Shown piece by piece: positions 28,024-39,031 of a stretch of 64,000 bases of DNA (the first letter of the stretch is position 1; every line of letters begins with the position of its first letter). The notes below the pieces were generated by a model, which saw only the letters and a list, made by a program, of their open reading frames with translations, ran no database searches and was not told the DNA's origin. Position numbers and translations under genes: made by a program. The DNA is from a bacterium (GTDB taxonomy: Bacteria; Patescibacteriota; Patescibacteriia; S139-126), in assembly GCA_030666865.1 (NCBI GenBank), contig DAOUWZ010000001.1:44753-108752 (forward strand). Direction: 5' to 3'.

Positions 28024-29603
28024 TTTAGTAATTTATCCTCTAAATTATCTGTTATATCAATAAATGCATAAGGAAATGCTTTAAGTGTATTGTAACTTTT
28101 ATCAGGTAACAATTCCAAACTATCTCCAAAATACTGATTACTAATCACTCGAAAAGTATTTACTGGAGAAATAGACTGATATAAATCATCATATTTTTTA
28201 TCAAAAAAATAATATGCATTTAATATAGCAAATCTTTCTTTTAAATATGAGCCATTGTATTTATTATAATTATAATATAAAGACGGACCATGATCAGCTT
28301 GCAATATTATAATACTTGGCCTAGTAGCATTTATTAATATTTTATCTATAGTTATTTGCAATGCTTTATCAATAAATATCAATTGATCTCCATAGTAATC
28401 ACTATATTTTTTTTGATTATATTCTCTTTCATCTTTATTTGATTCACATGGAGAGGTATAACCGCTATTATGTAAAATAAAAGATACCTCATTTAAAACC
28501 TCTCTTCCATTTTGATCAAAAACAAATGGAAAATGAGGTGAAACAATATGAGCTATTACAAATTTTGGACCATCCTCTTTGACAACTTCTGGCAGATTTT
28601 CAAAAGTATACAGAATACGACTGCGATGGGAATTAAAAATAGTATAATTAATCAATCTGATTGAAATATTTGATAAAGGAGTCATTCTTAATAAAACCTT
28701 ATGAAAATCATTAAATGTACCTTTTGGACCTAAATAATAATCAACATTTTTTTTCTCAGTAGCTGATGCACCAGTAGCAAAGCTATAAGTTTTATAACCC
28801 AAAGCTTCTAACTTCTTTTGAAAAATATTGTCATGTATTTTTCGAATTACTAAACCAGCATCTCTTGACTTTCTATCATAACCTTCATGATATTCCATAT
28901 TTAAAGATGAGGAGAGAGATAAGATAGTTTGTGGGTAATTAGTATAACTTTTTTCAGCTAGATAAAACCCCCTGTCTTTCAAAAAATTGATAAAATCACT
29001 ATTATCAATATCATATAACTCTTCTAAGATATCACTGCGAGCATGAGCGTCAGGAATAATATAATAAATATCAGGCAAAACTTCTGGCATTTCTTCTGTT
29101 TGAACTGCTTCTACTGGTAACTTACTGTTTAATCCTGCTTTAACCTGATATGAAACAATAGAATAGATTGAAAAAATACAAAGAATAACTGCGGTAATAT
29201 TTAAAAAATTATTTACTGCTCTTAACTTTTTGTCAGAAATGTATATACCTAAAAAGAATATTAAGGGAAATAAGGCGTAAGTTGACAGTATAATCAACTC
29301 TTTAACTTGATTTGTGACAAATAAAGAATTTAAAATAGTATTAAAAGGAAAATAATGTGTAAAAAACCATACTACAGATAACGAAGCTACAAAAGAAGCT
29401 CGGTATACACTTCGATAAAAAATAAAAACCGTCACCCAAATAATCCAAATAAATATTTCAATTATTAATATGGGTAAAAAAATATCATGCACATTTAAAT
29501 ATTGTTGATTAAATTCAAAAACATATAAAACCGGATAAGCAGCAAATAATATCACATTAATAAAAAACCAATTAAATTTTGTATTATGATTAATATTTTT
29601 CAT
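28020..29603 (-). CDS. Membrane-anchored sulfatase/LtaS-like (alkaline-phosphatase superfamily) protein, paralog 1
   Basis: Four N-terminal TM helices, then an extracellular domain (PDIYYIIPDAHARSD...). About 55-60% identical to the adjacent paralog. Confidence 0.4.
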   Translation of the reverse strand: MKNINHNTKFNWFFINVILFAAYPVLYVFEFNQQYLNVHDIFLPILIIEIFIWIIWVTVFIFYRSVYRASFVASLSVVWFFTHYFPFNTILNSLFVTNQVKELIILSTYALFPLIFFLGIYISDKKLRAVNNFLNITAVILCIFSIYSIVSYQVKAGLNSKLPVEAVQTEEMPEVLPDIYYIIPDAHARSDILEELYDIDNSDFINFLKDRGFYLAEKSYTNYPQTILSLSSSLNMEYHEGYDRKSRDAGLVIRKIHDNIFQKKLEALGYKTYSFATGASATEKKNVDYYLGPKGTFNDFHKVLLRMTPLSNISIRLINYTIFNSHRSRILYTFENLPEVVKEDGPKFVIAHIVSPHFPFVFDQNGREVLNEVSFILHNSGYTSPCESNKDEREYNQKKYSDYYGDQLIFIDKALQITIDKILINATRPSIIILQADHGPSLYYNYNKYNGSYLKERFAILNAYYFFDKKYDDLYQSISPVNTFRVISNQYFGDSLELLPDKSYNTLKAFPYAFIDITDNLEDKLLK

Positions 29604-31161
29604 TAAAGTTATTTAATAATTTATCTTCTAAACTATCTGTTATTTCTTGAAAAAAATATGGGTGACTTTGCAGAGTGTTAAAGCTCTTATCTTCTAATAG
29701 TTTATACTCTTTGTCAAAATACTGATTACTAATCAATCTAAAAGTATTAACTGGCGAAATAGATTGATATAAACTGTTATACTTTTTGTCAAAAAAATAA
29801 TAGGCATTTAATATAGCAAACTTTTCTTTCAAATATGAACCTTCTAAACTATTTGTGCGGTAATGCGACATTGGACCATGATCAGCTTGTAAAATAATAA
29901 TACTTGGTCTAGTAGCATTCTCTAATATTTTGGTTATAGATTCTTTTAATTTTAAATCAACAAATTTTAATTGTTCACCATAAGAGTTTATATACTCTTG
30001 CCTGGAATTTTCATCATTAATATTGAATTCATTAAGCAATAAAAATGCAGTTTCGTTTTCTACTAAACTACCATCTTTTTTAAAAATAAAAGGATAATGC
30101 GGGGCTATAATATGAGCTATTACAAATTTTGGTCCTGGTGCTTTAGAAACTTCTGGTAAATTTTTAAAAGTATACAAAATACGACTGCGACGAGAATTAA
30201 AGACAGTATAATTAATTAATCTAATTGGAATATTTAATAAGGGAGTCATTTTTATTATACTCATATGAAAATTATTTAATACACCTTTTGGGCTTAAATA
30301 ATAATCAACATTCTTTCTTTCTACAGTTGGTAATCCAGTGGCAAAATTGTAAGTTTTGTAACCTAAAGATTCTACTAGCTGTTGAAAAGTATTATACTTA
30401 AAGATTTTTTTAATTGGTGATATATCCATTAACCTTCTATCGTAACCATCGTGATATTCCATATTTAAAGATGAAGAAAGCGATAAAATAGTTCTAGGGT
30501 AATTAGTATAACTTTTTTCAGCCACATAAAACCCCTTATCTTTCAAAAAATTGATAAAATCACTATTATCAATATCATATATTTCCTCCAAAATATCACT
30601 ACGAGCATGAGCGTCAGTAACAATATAATAAATATCAGGTAAAATTTCTGGCGCTGCTGTAGTTTGTGTTACTACTATTTGTTGTTCATCATTTATTCCA
30701 GCTTTGACTTGATAAGAAACTATATTATAAATTGAAAATGCACAAAGAATAATAGCAGTAATATTTAAAAAATTATTTATTTTTGTTAACTTTTTATCTG
30801 ATATATATATACCTAAAAAGAATATTAATGGGAATAGGGCGTAAGCTGATAAAACAAGTAAACCACTCAAATCATAAGAGATAGATGTTGATTTCAATGT
30901 AATAGTGCGAATAAAATTGAATGAAAAAAACAAAATCACGCTCAACGAAGTGATGAAAGAAGTTTGTTTAACATTTTTCAAAATAACAAAAACTGTCAAC
31001 CAGACTATCCAAACAATTACCTCAACTATTAACAACGGCATCAAAATATCTCGTAAGTCTAAATGTTGTTGGTTATACACAAAAACATACAAAACTGGGT
31101 AAATGGCAAATAAAGCCACATTAATAAAAAACCATTTATACTTTTTCTCTTTATTTGGCAT
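29590..31161 (-). CDS. Membrane-anchored sulfatase/LtaS-like protein, paralog 2
   Basis: Same architecture as paralog 1. Shared blocks YYIxxDAHARSDILEExYDIDNSDFINFLKDxGFYxAEKSYTNYPxTILSLSSSLNMEYH. Confidence 0.4.
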   Translation of the reverse strand: MPNKEKKYKWFFINVALFAIYPVLYVFVYNQQHLDLRDILMPLLIVEVIVWIVWLTVFVILKNVKQTSFITSLSVILFFSFNFIRTITLKSTSISYDLSGLLVLSAYALFPLIFFLGIYISDKKLTKINNFLNITAIILCAFSIYNIVSYQVKAGINDEQQIVVTQTTAAPEILPDIYYIVTDAHARSDILEEIYDIDNSDFINFLKDKGFYVAEKSYTNYPRTILSLSSSLNMEYHDGYDRRLMDISPIKKIFKYNTFQQLVESLGYKTYNFATGLPTVERKNVDYYLSPKGVLNNFHMSIIKMTPLLNIPIRLINYTVFNSRRSRILYTFKNLPEVSKAPGPKFVIAHIIAPHYPFIFKKDGSLVENETAFLLLNEFNINDENSRQEYINSYGEQLKFVDLKLKESITKILENATRPSIIILQADHGPMSHYRTNSLEGSYLKEKFAILNAYYFFDKKYNSLYQSISPVNTFRLISNQYFDKEYKLLEDKSFNTLQSHPYFFQEITDSLEDKLLNNFNEKY

Positions 31162-32572
31162 TCTTATTTCTCATCAAATATAAAACTCGTTTGCTTTCCG
31201 AAATCACTCCTGATTTCAGAATATCAAAATGAGTTGACATTGCTTTTTCAAAATTTTCTTGGCTATAATCTGAAAAAATATCCTCTCGATTCCATAACAG
31301 TTTCTGGGCATTGGAATCACTTTTTGGCACATATTCAATTATCAACCATTTTCCTATTTGTTGAAAAAAATCTGCCAATTTTAAAAATGGTATATTATTA
31401 CTTATAGATAAATGATGCATCAATGCCAGTGCTAATACCAAATCAGCTGGACCACGCTCTAACAAAGATTCCCGCTCAGCATGAGCCCAACCTAAAGCTG
31501 GACTAGGATTAGTAATATCCAAAACTAGAGGTAATAAATTTTTATTATTATTTTTAACAACTTCCCGACTATTTATCTCTACTGCCTCAAAATCAAAATC
31601 AAAAGCAACTGTAAAAATATCTTGCTTACTCAAAATCCTACTGAACTCGCCGGTATTAGCTCCCAAATCCCAAGCAGTAATTAATTTTTCATCAATACTG
31701 TCAACAAAACTGATAAAAACTTCTTTTTTCTTATTAAAAGACTCATCTGAATAATTTGTTTCTTGGTAATAGTTTGACCACTCACTGCGAGATATTTTCC
31801 ATTGTAAATTTTTAATGGTATTGGCTAAATTATCCAATATACTTAGTAAAGCTTGTTTAGATATTTTTATATTTTTTTGTTTGGAAAATTTTTCCGAATA
31901 ATGTTTTTGAGTTTTAGCATGTAAATGAATATGCGATAAAAGAGAAAATGATAATTTAGATTTAACTGGTAACAATTTACTTGCCAGATCCAAAGGAATG
32001 CCATCTATATATTCTCTTAATAAATTTTGTAATCTAATATCAACCATAGACATAAGTGCCAATGGTGCTAAAAAATGCTGGCAGAATTGCCTGTAAGCAA
32101 TCCATGGTGTGTTTGGCTTATATTTTTTAAAAGATAGGGTGTCTATCAATAATGGCTTATTTTCATAAAACTGAATATTATAAGCACTAGCATCTTTTAA
32201 TATCATGTTATGAGTCAAGGCAATTTTTTGTATTTGCAGAGTTGCCAAAGCTGCTTGCTTGAATCGCGAAAAACTCCATTCATACGGATAAGAAAAAAAA
32301 GGAATCTCTTGTGGAGATATTATCTTGTAAGCATCGTCAGACTGCTTAAAATCTCTAAGTGAAACTTCTTCATGTTTGATGACTAAATTTTCTTTCAATA
32401 AACTTTCATACAATCCGCTTTCCATCAAATAATCATAATCAACTTGATATATTTTATTAATCTGACGATATATTTTATTATCTTTAATAAAAACAAATCC
32501 GCTGGGATCGCGAAAAGAAGATGGCAAAATTTGATTATTTTTATTTTTCATTTTCGTCAATTTTTTGCTCAA
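31151..32572 (-). CDS. SAM-dependent methyltransferase-domain protein
   Basis: C-terminal motif I-like LDLGANTGEFS and ...VAFDFD...; N-terminal 270 aa unassigned. Confidence 0.4.
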   Translation of the reverse strand: MSKKLTKMKNKNNQILPSSFRDPSGFVFIKDNKIYRQINKIYQVDYDYLMESGLYESLLKENLVIKHEEVSLRDFKQSDDAYKIISPQEIPFFSYPYEWSFSRFKQAALATLQIQKIALTHNMILKDASAYNIQFYENKPLLIDTLSFKKYKPNTPWIAYRQFCQHFLAPLALMSMVDIRLQNLLREYIDGIPLDLASKLLPVKSKLSFSLLSHIHLHAKTQKHYSEKFSKQKNIKISKQALLSILDNLANTIKNLQWKISRSEWSNYYQETNYSDESFNKKKEVFISFVDSIDEKLITAWDLGANTGEFSRILSKQDIFTVAFDFDFEAVEINSREVVKNNNKNLLPLVLDITNPSPALGWAHAERESLLERGPADLVLALALMHHLSISNNIPFLKLADFFQQIGKWLIIEYVPKSDSNAQKLLWNREDIFSDYSQENFEKAMSTHFDILKSGVISESKRVLYLMRNKNAK

Positions 32573-32786
32573 CTTTCTTTTTTGAAAAAACCGAACTTAA
32601 AATTTTAAATAATTTTGACCAAAAATTCTTAAACATAAACGTTACGCTAAGCAAACCAGCTAAAATTATCTGTACAATATAACTGCCTGTCCCTGGATCT
32701 AGATAAGCGTAAGAAATTTTCGGAATTAGTAAACAATAAACAGCTGCTAAAAATAAAAAAAACGTTAAATTTTGATGTTTTGACAT
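32541..32786 (-). CDS. Small two-TM membrane protein (hypothetical)
   Basis: 81-aa ORF with two hydrophobic helices. Overlaps the start of the methyltransferase gene. Confidence 0.3.
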   Translation of the reverse strand: MSKHQNLTFFLFLAAVYCLLIPKISYAYLDPGTGSYIVQIILAGLLSVTFMFKNFWSKLFKILSSVFSKKKVEQKIDENEK

Positions 32787-32928
32787 GGGAAATTTATTTA
32801 AATTTTATAATAAAATTATTGTTACAATAAGTCTATTACTATTATACAAAATTTTACGTACTTTTACTATAAAACCCGCTCATCCTATAAATAAAAGTTG
32901 AACGGGTTTAAAACTTCAAAATATAAAA

Positions 32929-34902
32929 CTAAAGTAGTGGCGCGATAACAATTGCTATAATAGCCATTAACTTAATCAAAATGTTTAAACTTGGACCAGA
33001 AGTATCTTTAAAAGGATCGCCAACCGTATCACCAACAACAGCTGCTTTATGAACATCGCTTCCTTTTCCGCCTAAATTACCAGCTTCAACATATTTTTTG
33101 GCATTATCCCAAGCACCACCAGAATTAGCCATAATAACAGCTAATAAGAATCCAACCACAATAGAGCCTACTAACATTCCGGCCAAAGCCTCGCTACCTA
33201 AAATAAATCCTACCAATACTGGTGAAATTATTGCTAAAACTCCTGGCAAAATCATATGTTTTAAGGCTGAGGTAGTAGAAATATCTACGCACCTTTTATA
33301 ATCAGGCTTACCAGTTCCTTCCATAATTCCTGGAATTTCTTTGAACTGCCTTCTAACTTCTTCAACCATTTCTTGAGCAGAGGTTCCAACTGACTTCATA
33401 GTTAAAGCTGAAAAAACAGCTGGCAATAATCCGCCAAGGAATGTTCCAATTAAAACACTGGGCTTTAAAATATCTACATAATCTAAATTAACAACTAAGC
33501 CATAGGTAATTAAAAGCACTAAAGCAGTAAGAGCTGCGCTGCCAATGGCAAAACCTTTACCGATCGCAGCCGTAGTATTGCCAATAGCATCAAGAGTTTC
33601 TGCTCTCTCTCTAGTCTCTTGTCCAAGCCCTGCCATTTCAGCAATACCAGCAGCATTATCAGCTACTGGACCGAAACTATCAGTAGCAAGTGTAATACCA
33701 AGCGTGGCAAGCATACCAACCGCGGCCATAGCAATATTATAAATACTTATTTCAGCAGTGCTGCCAAGTTGATAAGCAATCCAAATAGTGGCACAAACTG
33801 CTGCTACTGGAATAATCGTTGAAATCATTCCCAACGATAAACCAGAAATGATATTTGTTGCCGGACCAGTCTTTGAGGCTTCGGCAACGCTTCTAGTTGG
33901 TTTGTTTTTTTCAGAAGTATAGTACTCAGTAGCTAAACCAATAATTACACCTGAAACTAAACCAGCGATAATTGACCAGAACACTCCGCTATTGGCAACT
34001 GTACCTTTGACCAAAAAATATGAACCAAGAGCAACAATTATTCCGGCAGTCCAAATACCAAAATTTAAAATTGAGTGAATTGATCCTGATTTACGTAAAC
34101 TTATAACAACATTGCCAATTAGAGAAGCGATAATTCCAAAACCGGCAATTAATAAAGGCAAATAAACCGCAGTTTCTCCAAGCATAAAATTAGCAGCTAC
34201 CCCAAGTGCCATTGCCGCAATAAGTGAATCACTATACGACTCAAACAAATCAGCGCCCATACCAGCAACGTCTCCTACATTATCACCAACATTATCGGCG
34301 ATAGTAGCTGGATTTCTTGGATCATCTTCTGGAATCCCAGCTTCAACCTTTCCTACCAGATCCGCTCCAACATCTGCCGCTTTGGTGTAAATACCACCGC
34401 CAACTCTAGCAAAAAGAGCTACTGATGAAGCGCCAAAACCAAAACTATAAATAACATTTGGATCTCCAATAAAATAATAAAGCGCCCCAATTGTCACTAA
34501 AGACAAACCAGTAACAGATAGTCCCATTACTGATCCTGACGAAAAGGCTACTTTTAATCCAGCAAAAATATTATCTTTTACTGCCTCAGCAGTTCTGGAA
34601 TTTGCCAAAGTTGCAATTCTCATACCAATATTACCGGCCAGAGCTGAAACAATTGCCCCGAGAATAAAACATCCTGCTTGAGACCAGCCAAGCCCAAAAC
34701 CCATAACAACCATGACAACTAAAACAAAAACTGATAAAATTTTATACTCTTTATTCAAAAAAGCCATAGCGCCTTCATGAATATAACTGGCAATTTCACC
34801 AACCTTCTCCTCCTTTATTTTTACTTTTTTGATTTGGAATGCTAAGACCCCAGCATATGCCAGACCCAAAACACCAGCTCCAATTGCATAAAAATAAGAC
34901 AT
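32929..34902 (-). CDS. hppA: Membrane-bound proton/sodium-translocating pyrophosphatase
   Basis: [19 protein letters not shown] and DNVGDNVGD signature motifs; 657 aa, polytopic. Confidence 0.9.
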   Translation of the reverse strand: MSYFYAIGAGVLGLAYAGVLAFQIKKVKIKEEKVGEIASYIHEGAMAFLNKEYKILSVFVLVVMVVMGFGLGWSQAGCFILGAIVSALAGNIGMRIATLANSRTAEAVKDNIFAGLKVAFSSGSVMGLSVTGLSLVTIGALYYFIGDPNVIYSFGFGASSVALFARVGGGIYTKAADVGADLVGKVEAGIPEDDPRNPATIADNVGDNVGDVAGMGADLFESYSDSLIAAMALGVAANFMLGETAVYLPLLIAGFGIIASLIGNVVISLRKSGSIHSILNFGIWTAGIIVALGSYFLVKGTVANSGVFWSIIAGLVSGVIIGLATEYYTSEKNKPTRSVAEASKTGPATNIISGLSLGMISTIIPVAAVCATIWIAYQLGSTAEISIYNIAMAAVGMLATLGITLATDSFGPVADNAAGIAEMAGLGQETRERAETLDAIGNTTAAIGKGFAIGSAALTALVLLITYGLVVNLDYVDILKPSVLIGTFLGGLLPAVFSALTMKSVGTSAQEMVEEVRRQFKEIPGIMEGTGKPDYKRCVDISTTSALKHMILPGVLAIISPVLVGFILGSEALAGMLVGSIVVGFLLAVIMANSGGAWDNAKKYVEAGNLGGKGSDVHKAAVVGDTVGDPFKDTSGPSLNILIKLMAIIAIVIAPLL

Positions 34903-34955
34903 AATGTATTTTTAATTAATTATAAATACCTACTTATTTAGAATATATTAATAAA

Positions 34956-36335
34956 TTATTTTTCTGGCTTAATAGTTTCTTCAATAACTTTTTCTGCTTC
35001 TCCGTCCACTTCTTCGGATTCTTCTTCTCCTGTATTTTCCTCTTCATCTGTTTTTGATTCTTTCTCCTTCTCCTTTTTAGATTTTTTTTCTCTGCCTGCC
35101 CTTTCTTCTTCGGTTTGTTTTTCAGACTGCTTTTTATCTTCGTCCTTTTCTACATTTACTACTTTACCTTCTTCAGATGCAATATCAATTTTCCAACCAG
35201 TTAATTTCGCTGCTAATCTGACATTTTGTCCAGCTTTCCCTATAGCCAAAGAAAGTTGATCCTCTTTAACTAAAGCAGTTGCCTTTTTCTCTTTTTCATC
35301 AATATCAACTGACAAAATCTGAGCTGGTGAAAGTGAATTGGAAATAAATTGCTTAATATCTTCATTCCATTCAATAATATCAATTTTTTCCCCGCCCAAT
35401 TCACTAATAATTGTTTGCACCCTGGTGCCTCGCTGACCTACGCATGAACCGATTGGATCAATATTTTCTTGATGAGCTACTACCGCAATTTTTGATCTAC
35501 CACCCGCCTCCCTGGAAACAGCTTTTATTTCAACTGTTCCAGCGGCAATTTCTGGCACCTCTAAAGTGAACAATTTAATTAATATTTCTGGATGTGAACG
35601 AGAGGCGATTATTTCCGGCCCTTTATTACCACGATTAACAGACACGAGATATATTTTTACCCTCATGCCTGGGCGTAAATTTTCTCCAGGTATTTGCTCA
35701 TCAGCAGGCAATATTGCAAAAACTTTACCAAGATCAATAAACGCGGTCCTACCTTCAACTCTTTGAATAGTGCCATTGATTAATTCTCCTTCTTGAGATT
35801 TATAATCACTAAATATTGTATCTCTCTCAACTTCTCTCAATTTTTGAATAATAACCTGCTTAGCAGTTTGAGCAGCTACTCTACCATAATCAGCTGGTAC
35901 TTCTAGCTCTTGGGTTAGCACATCGCCAATCTCTGCTTTTTTATCAATTTTTCTAGATTCACTAAGCATAAGATCGGTTTTAGGATTGTATCTTTTCATA
36001 TCAGTAATTTCAGCTGGGTCAGGCTCATTAAATTCTTTGCCTGCTTCTTCAGCTTTTTTCTTTTTTTCATACCATTCTTCCTTTAAAACACGAAATTCTT
36101 CTCTTTCTTTTTCCAATTCTTCCAAATCAAAATCCTCAACAACTGTTTTTTCATCAAAAACTCTAGCCCCGCCTGTTTCGGGAATAAATTGAACTTTAAT
36201 ATTTTGATCTTTACTGCCAAAATCTTTACGAAAGGCAGCTGCTAAAGCTGCTTCAATAGTTTCAATTACTAATTCCTTCTTTAGGCCTTTTTCATCACAA
36301 ATCTGCTGAATAGCGGCCATGATTGGATTTGACAT
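34956..36335 (-). CDS. nusA: Transcription termination/antitermination factor NusA
   Basis: N-terminal domain, S1 and two KH domains (IDPIGSCVGQRGTRVQTIISELGGEKIDIIEW); acidic/Lys-rich C-terminal tail. Confidence 0.85.
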   Translation of the reverse strand: MSNPIMAAIQQICDEKGLKKELVIETIEAALAAAFRKDFGSKDQNIKVQFIPETGGARVFDEKTVVEDFDLEELEKEREEFRVLKEEWYEKKKKAEEAGKEFNEPDPAEITDMKRYNPKTDLMLSESRKIDKKAEIGDVLTQELEVPADYGRVAAQTAKQVIIQKLREVERDTIFSDYKSQEGELINGTIQRVEGRTAFIDLGKVFAILPADEQIPGENLRPGMRVKIYLVSVNRGNKGPEIIASRSHPEILIKLFTLEVPEIAAGTVEIKAVSREAGGRSKIAVVAHQENIDPIGSCVGQRGTRVQTIISELGGEKIDIIEWNEDIKQFISNSLSPAQILSVDIDEKEKKATALVKEDQLSLAIGKAGQNVRLAAKLTGWKIDIASEEGKVVNVEKDEDKKQSEKQTEEERAGREKKSKKEKEKESKTDEEENTGEEESEEVDGEAEKVIEETIKPEK

Positions 36336-36487
36336 AAATATAAATTAAAAATTATCCATAAAAAATAACTAGTATTAAATACTAGCTTAATTTAAATATA
36401 ATGGAATTATTCTTTATTGTCAACCTTGACAAATAACAATTTTTTAGTTATGATTTGTAATCAGTAAAATATGATAGGAGGAATAAA

Positions 36488-36988
36488 TTGGACATTAAAA
36501 AAATAATACTGCAATATTTCCCTGAAGCAGTTCTTGACGTAATAACAATAAAAAAAGAAGCAACTAAAACATTCATAGAATTATTTCCTGGAAACAGCAT
36601 TAATCACACAGCTATTTTGTATATTTCTGAAAAGGACTTTTTAGACAAAAAATTTTTTAATCTAAAAATAATTCACGAAATTAGTCACTTTTTATCTGGT
36701 TATTATACAAACGATATGATGGATCGGCTGAATAAATTGAGAGGCGCAAAACACTTTAATTCTTTACTTACTTTTTTAATTAATCTGATTGGTCTGCTTA
36801 GCGGTCAAACGTTAAAAAATGAATTAAGTGCTGACTTTAAAAGCCTTAAAATAATTAATGACAAAACAAATTATACCAAAGATGATTATCTTGAATTCAT
36901 CAAGCAATCAATCAATAAACAAGGAGATGGTATAATCTTAAAAATACTATTTATTTTGAGGAGAAGGGAAATATTAAAATTTACTTAA
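36488..36988 (+). CDS. Hypothetical protein (TTG start with strong SD)
   Basis: TAGGAGGAATAAATTGGAC; 166 aa; no recognisable domain. Confidence 0.4.
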   Translation: MDIKKIILQYFPEAVLDVITIKKEATKTFIELFPGNSINHTAILYISEKDFLDKKFFNLKIIHEISHFLSGYYTNDMMDRLNKLRGAKHFNSLLTFLINLIGLLSGQTLKNELSADFKSLKIINDKTNYTKDDYLEFIKQSINKQGDGIILKILFILRRREILKFT

Positions 36989-37077
36989 AAGATTTGGAAG
37001 TCTCCAAATCTTTTTTTTGACAAAAACATAAATTTATGCTAATATAAAATATATTCATAATAATTAACTCATGAATT

Positions 37078-37275
37078 ATGAACATGGAACAACCAAATAC
37101 CACTTGCGCATGCGGCGAACCTATTGGAGAAAAAAGAGTAGCTTTAGGATGTAGTACTTGTTTAAAATGCGCAGAAAAAAATCCTGGAAAAGACTCATTG
37201 GGTGTTGATTCTAGTGGTAAAATATATAATACTGACTTAGGAAAAAATTTAGAAGATATAAAAGAAAAAGAATAG
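37078..37275 (+). CDS. Small Cys-rich (zinc-ribbon-like) protein
   Basis: CACGEPIGEKRVALGCSTCLKCAEK; 65 aa. Followed directly by a strong terminator. Confidence 0.35.
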   Translation: MNMEQPNTTCACGEPIGEKRVALGCSTCLKCAEKNPGKDSLGVDSSGKIYNTDLGKNLEDIKEKE

Positions 37276-37297
37276 TATTGATTTTTTTCAAACATAA

Positions 37298-37330
37298 AAA
37301 ATCCCGCTAAATTGCGGGTTTTTTTATAAC
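37298..37330 (+). terminator. Rho-independent terminator
   Basis: AAAAAATCCCGC-TAAATT-GCGGGTTTTTTT. Confidence 0.7.
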
Positions 37331-37455
37331 CCTTCTAATTTATCTCTTACTTGTTCCAGCTTTTCTCTTTCCATAATCACCACTTGCTCGGGTGCGTTAT
37401 CTATAAATAAATTATTATTTACTATCCCAACTGCTATATTTTTTGACCGGGTTTT

Positions 37456-37878
37456 CTAATATTCAATTATTCTGATCTTCAAGTTTTTACTATAAGCTAA
37501 ATCTATCTTCAAAACACTTTCTGGCCAAGAGCCTTTTATCCGTTCTGGCCACTCTACTACCACTAAACTTTCCGGATCTCTCAAATAATCAGTCAATCCT
37601 AAATCATCAACATTAACATCAAATTCAATTCGATACAAATCAACATGCACCAGTCTTTTAAAAAATTTATTTTTTAGTTTGTAAATTTTCATTAAAACAT
37701 AACTAGGACTAGTAATCACCTCGTCAACTCCCAATACTTTAGCTATTCCTTTGGCTAGCGTTGTTTTACCAACTCCTAAATCACCTTGTAGCAAAACAAT
37801 ATGTCTATTATTAAGATTAGCTAATATATCTTTAGCTAAATTCATAGTCTCCTCTAATGAGCAGGTAACCTTTTTCAT
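37456..37878 (-). CDS. tsaE: tRNA threonylcarbamoyladenosine biosynthesis protein TsaE
   Basis: LQGDLGVGKTTLAKGI P-loop followed by ...SPSYVLMKIY. Confidence 0.8.
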   Translation of the reverse strand: MKKVTCSLEETMNLAKDILANLNNRHIVLLQGDLGVGKTTLAKGIAKVLGVDEVITSPSYVLMKIYKLKNKFFKRLVHVDLYRIEFDVNVDDLGLTDYLRDPESLVVVEWPERIKGSWPESVLKIDLAYSKNLKIRIIEY

Positions 37879-37882
37879 ATCT

Positions 37883-38935
37883 TTATTTTATTTTCATATT
37901 AGGATTGACTGACAACTCTAAATAACTCTTCTTGCCACTTGCCGTGCCTGCCGCTTGTTTCTTATTACATAACAGATATCCCGCCAAAGCGATCATGGCA
38001 GCATTATCGCCCGTATACATTATTTCTGGGACCCTGACCTCAATATTATTTTTTGCAAAGGTTGATTTTATTTCCTGTCTTAATTTTTTGTTTGCACTAA
38101 CACCGCCACTGATAGCGATTATTTTAATTGGATAATTTTCTATCGCTATTTTTAATTTTTGTATCAAAGTATCAATGACAGCGGTCTCGAAACTGGCTGC
38201 CATATCGTTTACATATTCTTTATTTTTATTTTTAATTTTTTTATCTTTATACAAAACCGCTGTCTTCAAACCAGCAAAAGAAAAATCAAAATTTCTCTTT
38301 TTTGTCATTGGCCGAGGCAAATCAAATTTATCTCCTCGGCCTAAAACTGCCTTTTTACTAATTTCCGGTCCACCAGGATAAGCTAAACCTAATATTTTTG
38401 CTACTTTATCAAAAGCTTCTCCTGCAGCATCATCCACAGTTCGCCCTAACACTTTATACTTATGATAATTTTCCACTAAGACCAATTCGGTATGACCGCC
38501 AGAAACTATCAATCCTAAATAAGGAAATTCTGTTTTTATCTTGCCTAACTCCTTTGGTAATTTTAGCTGCCAAGACCATAAATGCCCAACTAAATGATTA
38601 ACCGGAATTAACGGTATGTTTTGAACAAATGCAATAGTCTTAGCTGTTTCCAATCCAACCATTAAAGACCCAGCCAGTCCTGGTCCTTGGGTCACTGCTA
38701 TTAAATCAATATCAGTAAAGGCTAAATTCGCATCACTTAAAGCTTGTTTAATGATAGGAATAGTGTCCTTACTATGCTGCCTGGCCGCTACTTCTGGCAC
38801 TACTCCGCCATACTCGGCATGAATATCAACTTGTGAATTTACTAAATTTGATAATACTTTAATATTATCTTGAACAACCTCAACTACGGAGGCTGAGGTT
38901 TCATCACATGATGTTTCGATCCCTAATATTTTCAT
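37883..38935 (-). CDS. tsaD: tRNA N6-adenosine threonylcarbamoyltransferase TsaD (Kae1/Gcp)
   Basis: ILGIETSCDETSASVV N-terminus; HxxGH metal site (VNHLVGHL). Confidence 0.9.
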   Translation of the reverse strand: MKILGIETSCDETSASVVEVVQDNIKVLSNLVNSQVDIHAEYGGVVPEVAARQHSKDTIPIIKQALSDANLAFTDIDLIAVTQGPGLAGSLMVGLETAKTIAFVQNIPLIPVNHLVGHLWSWQLKLPKELGKIKTEFPYLGLIVSGGHTELVLVENYHKYKVLGRTVDDAAGEAFDKVAKILGLAYPGGPEISKKAVLGRGDKFDLPRPMTKKRNFDFSFAGLKTAVLYKDKKIKNKNKEYVNDMAASFETAVIDTLIQKLKIAIENYPIKIIAISGGVSANKKLRQEIKSTFAKNNIEVRVPEIMYTGDNAAMIALAGYLLCNKKQAAGTASGKKSYLELSVNPNMKIK

Positions 38936-39031
38936 AAATTTAATTTATTAGCATAATAATTATAACCCAAGAACCATATACTTGACAAAAAGCCAAAAAT
39001 ATGCTAGTATATACTGTTATTAATATATAGT

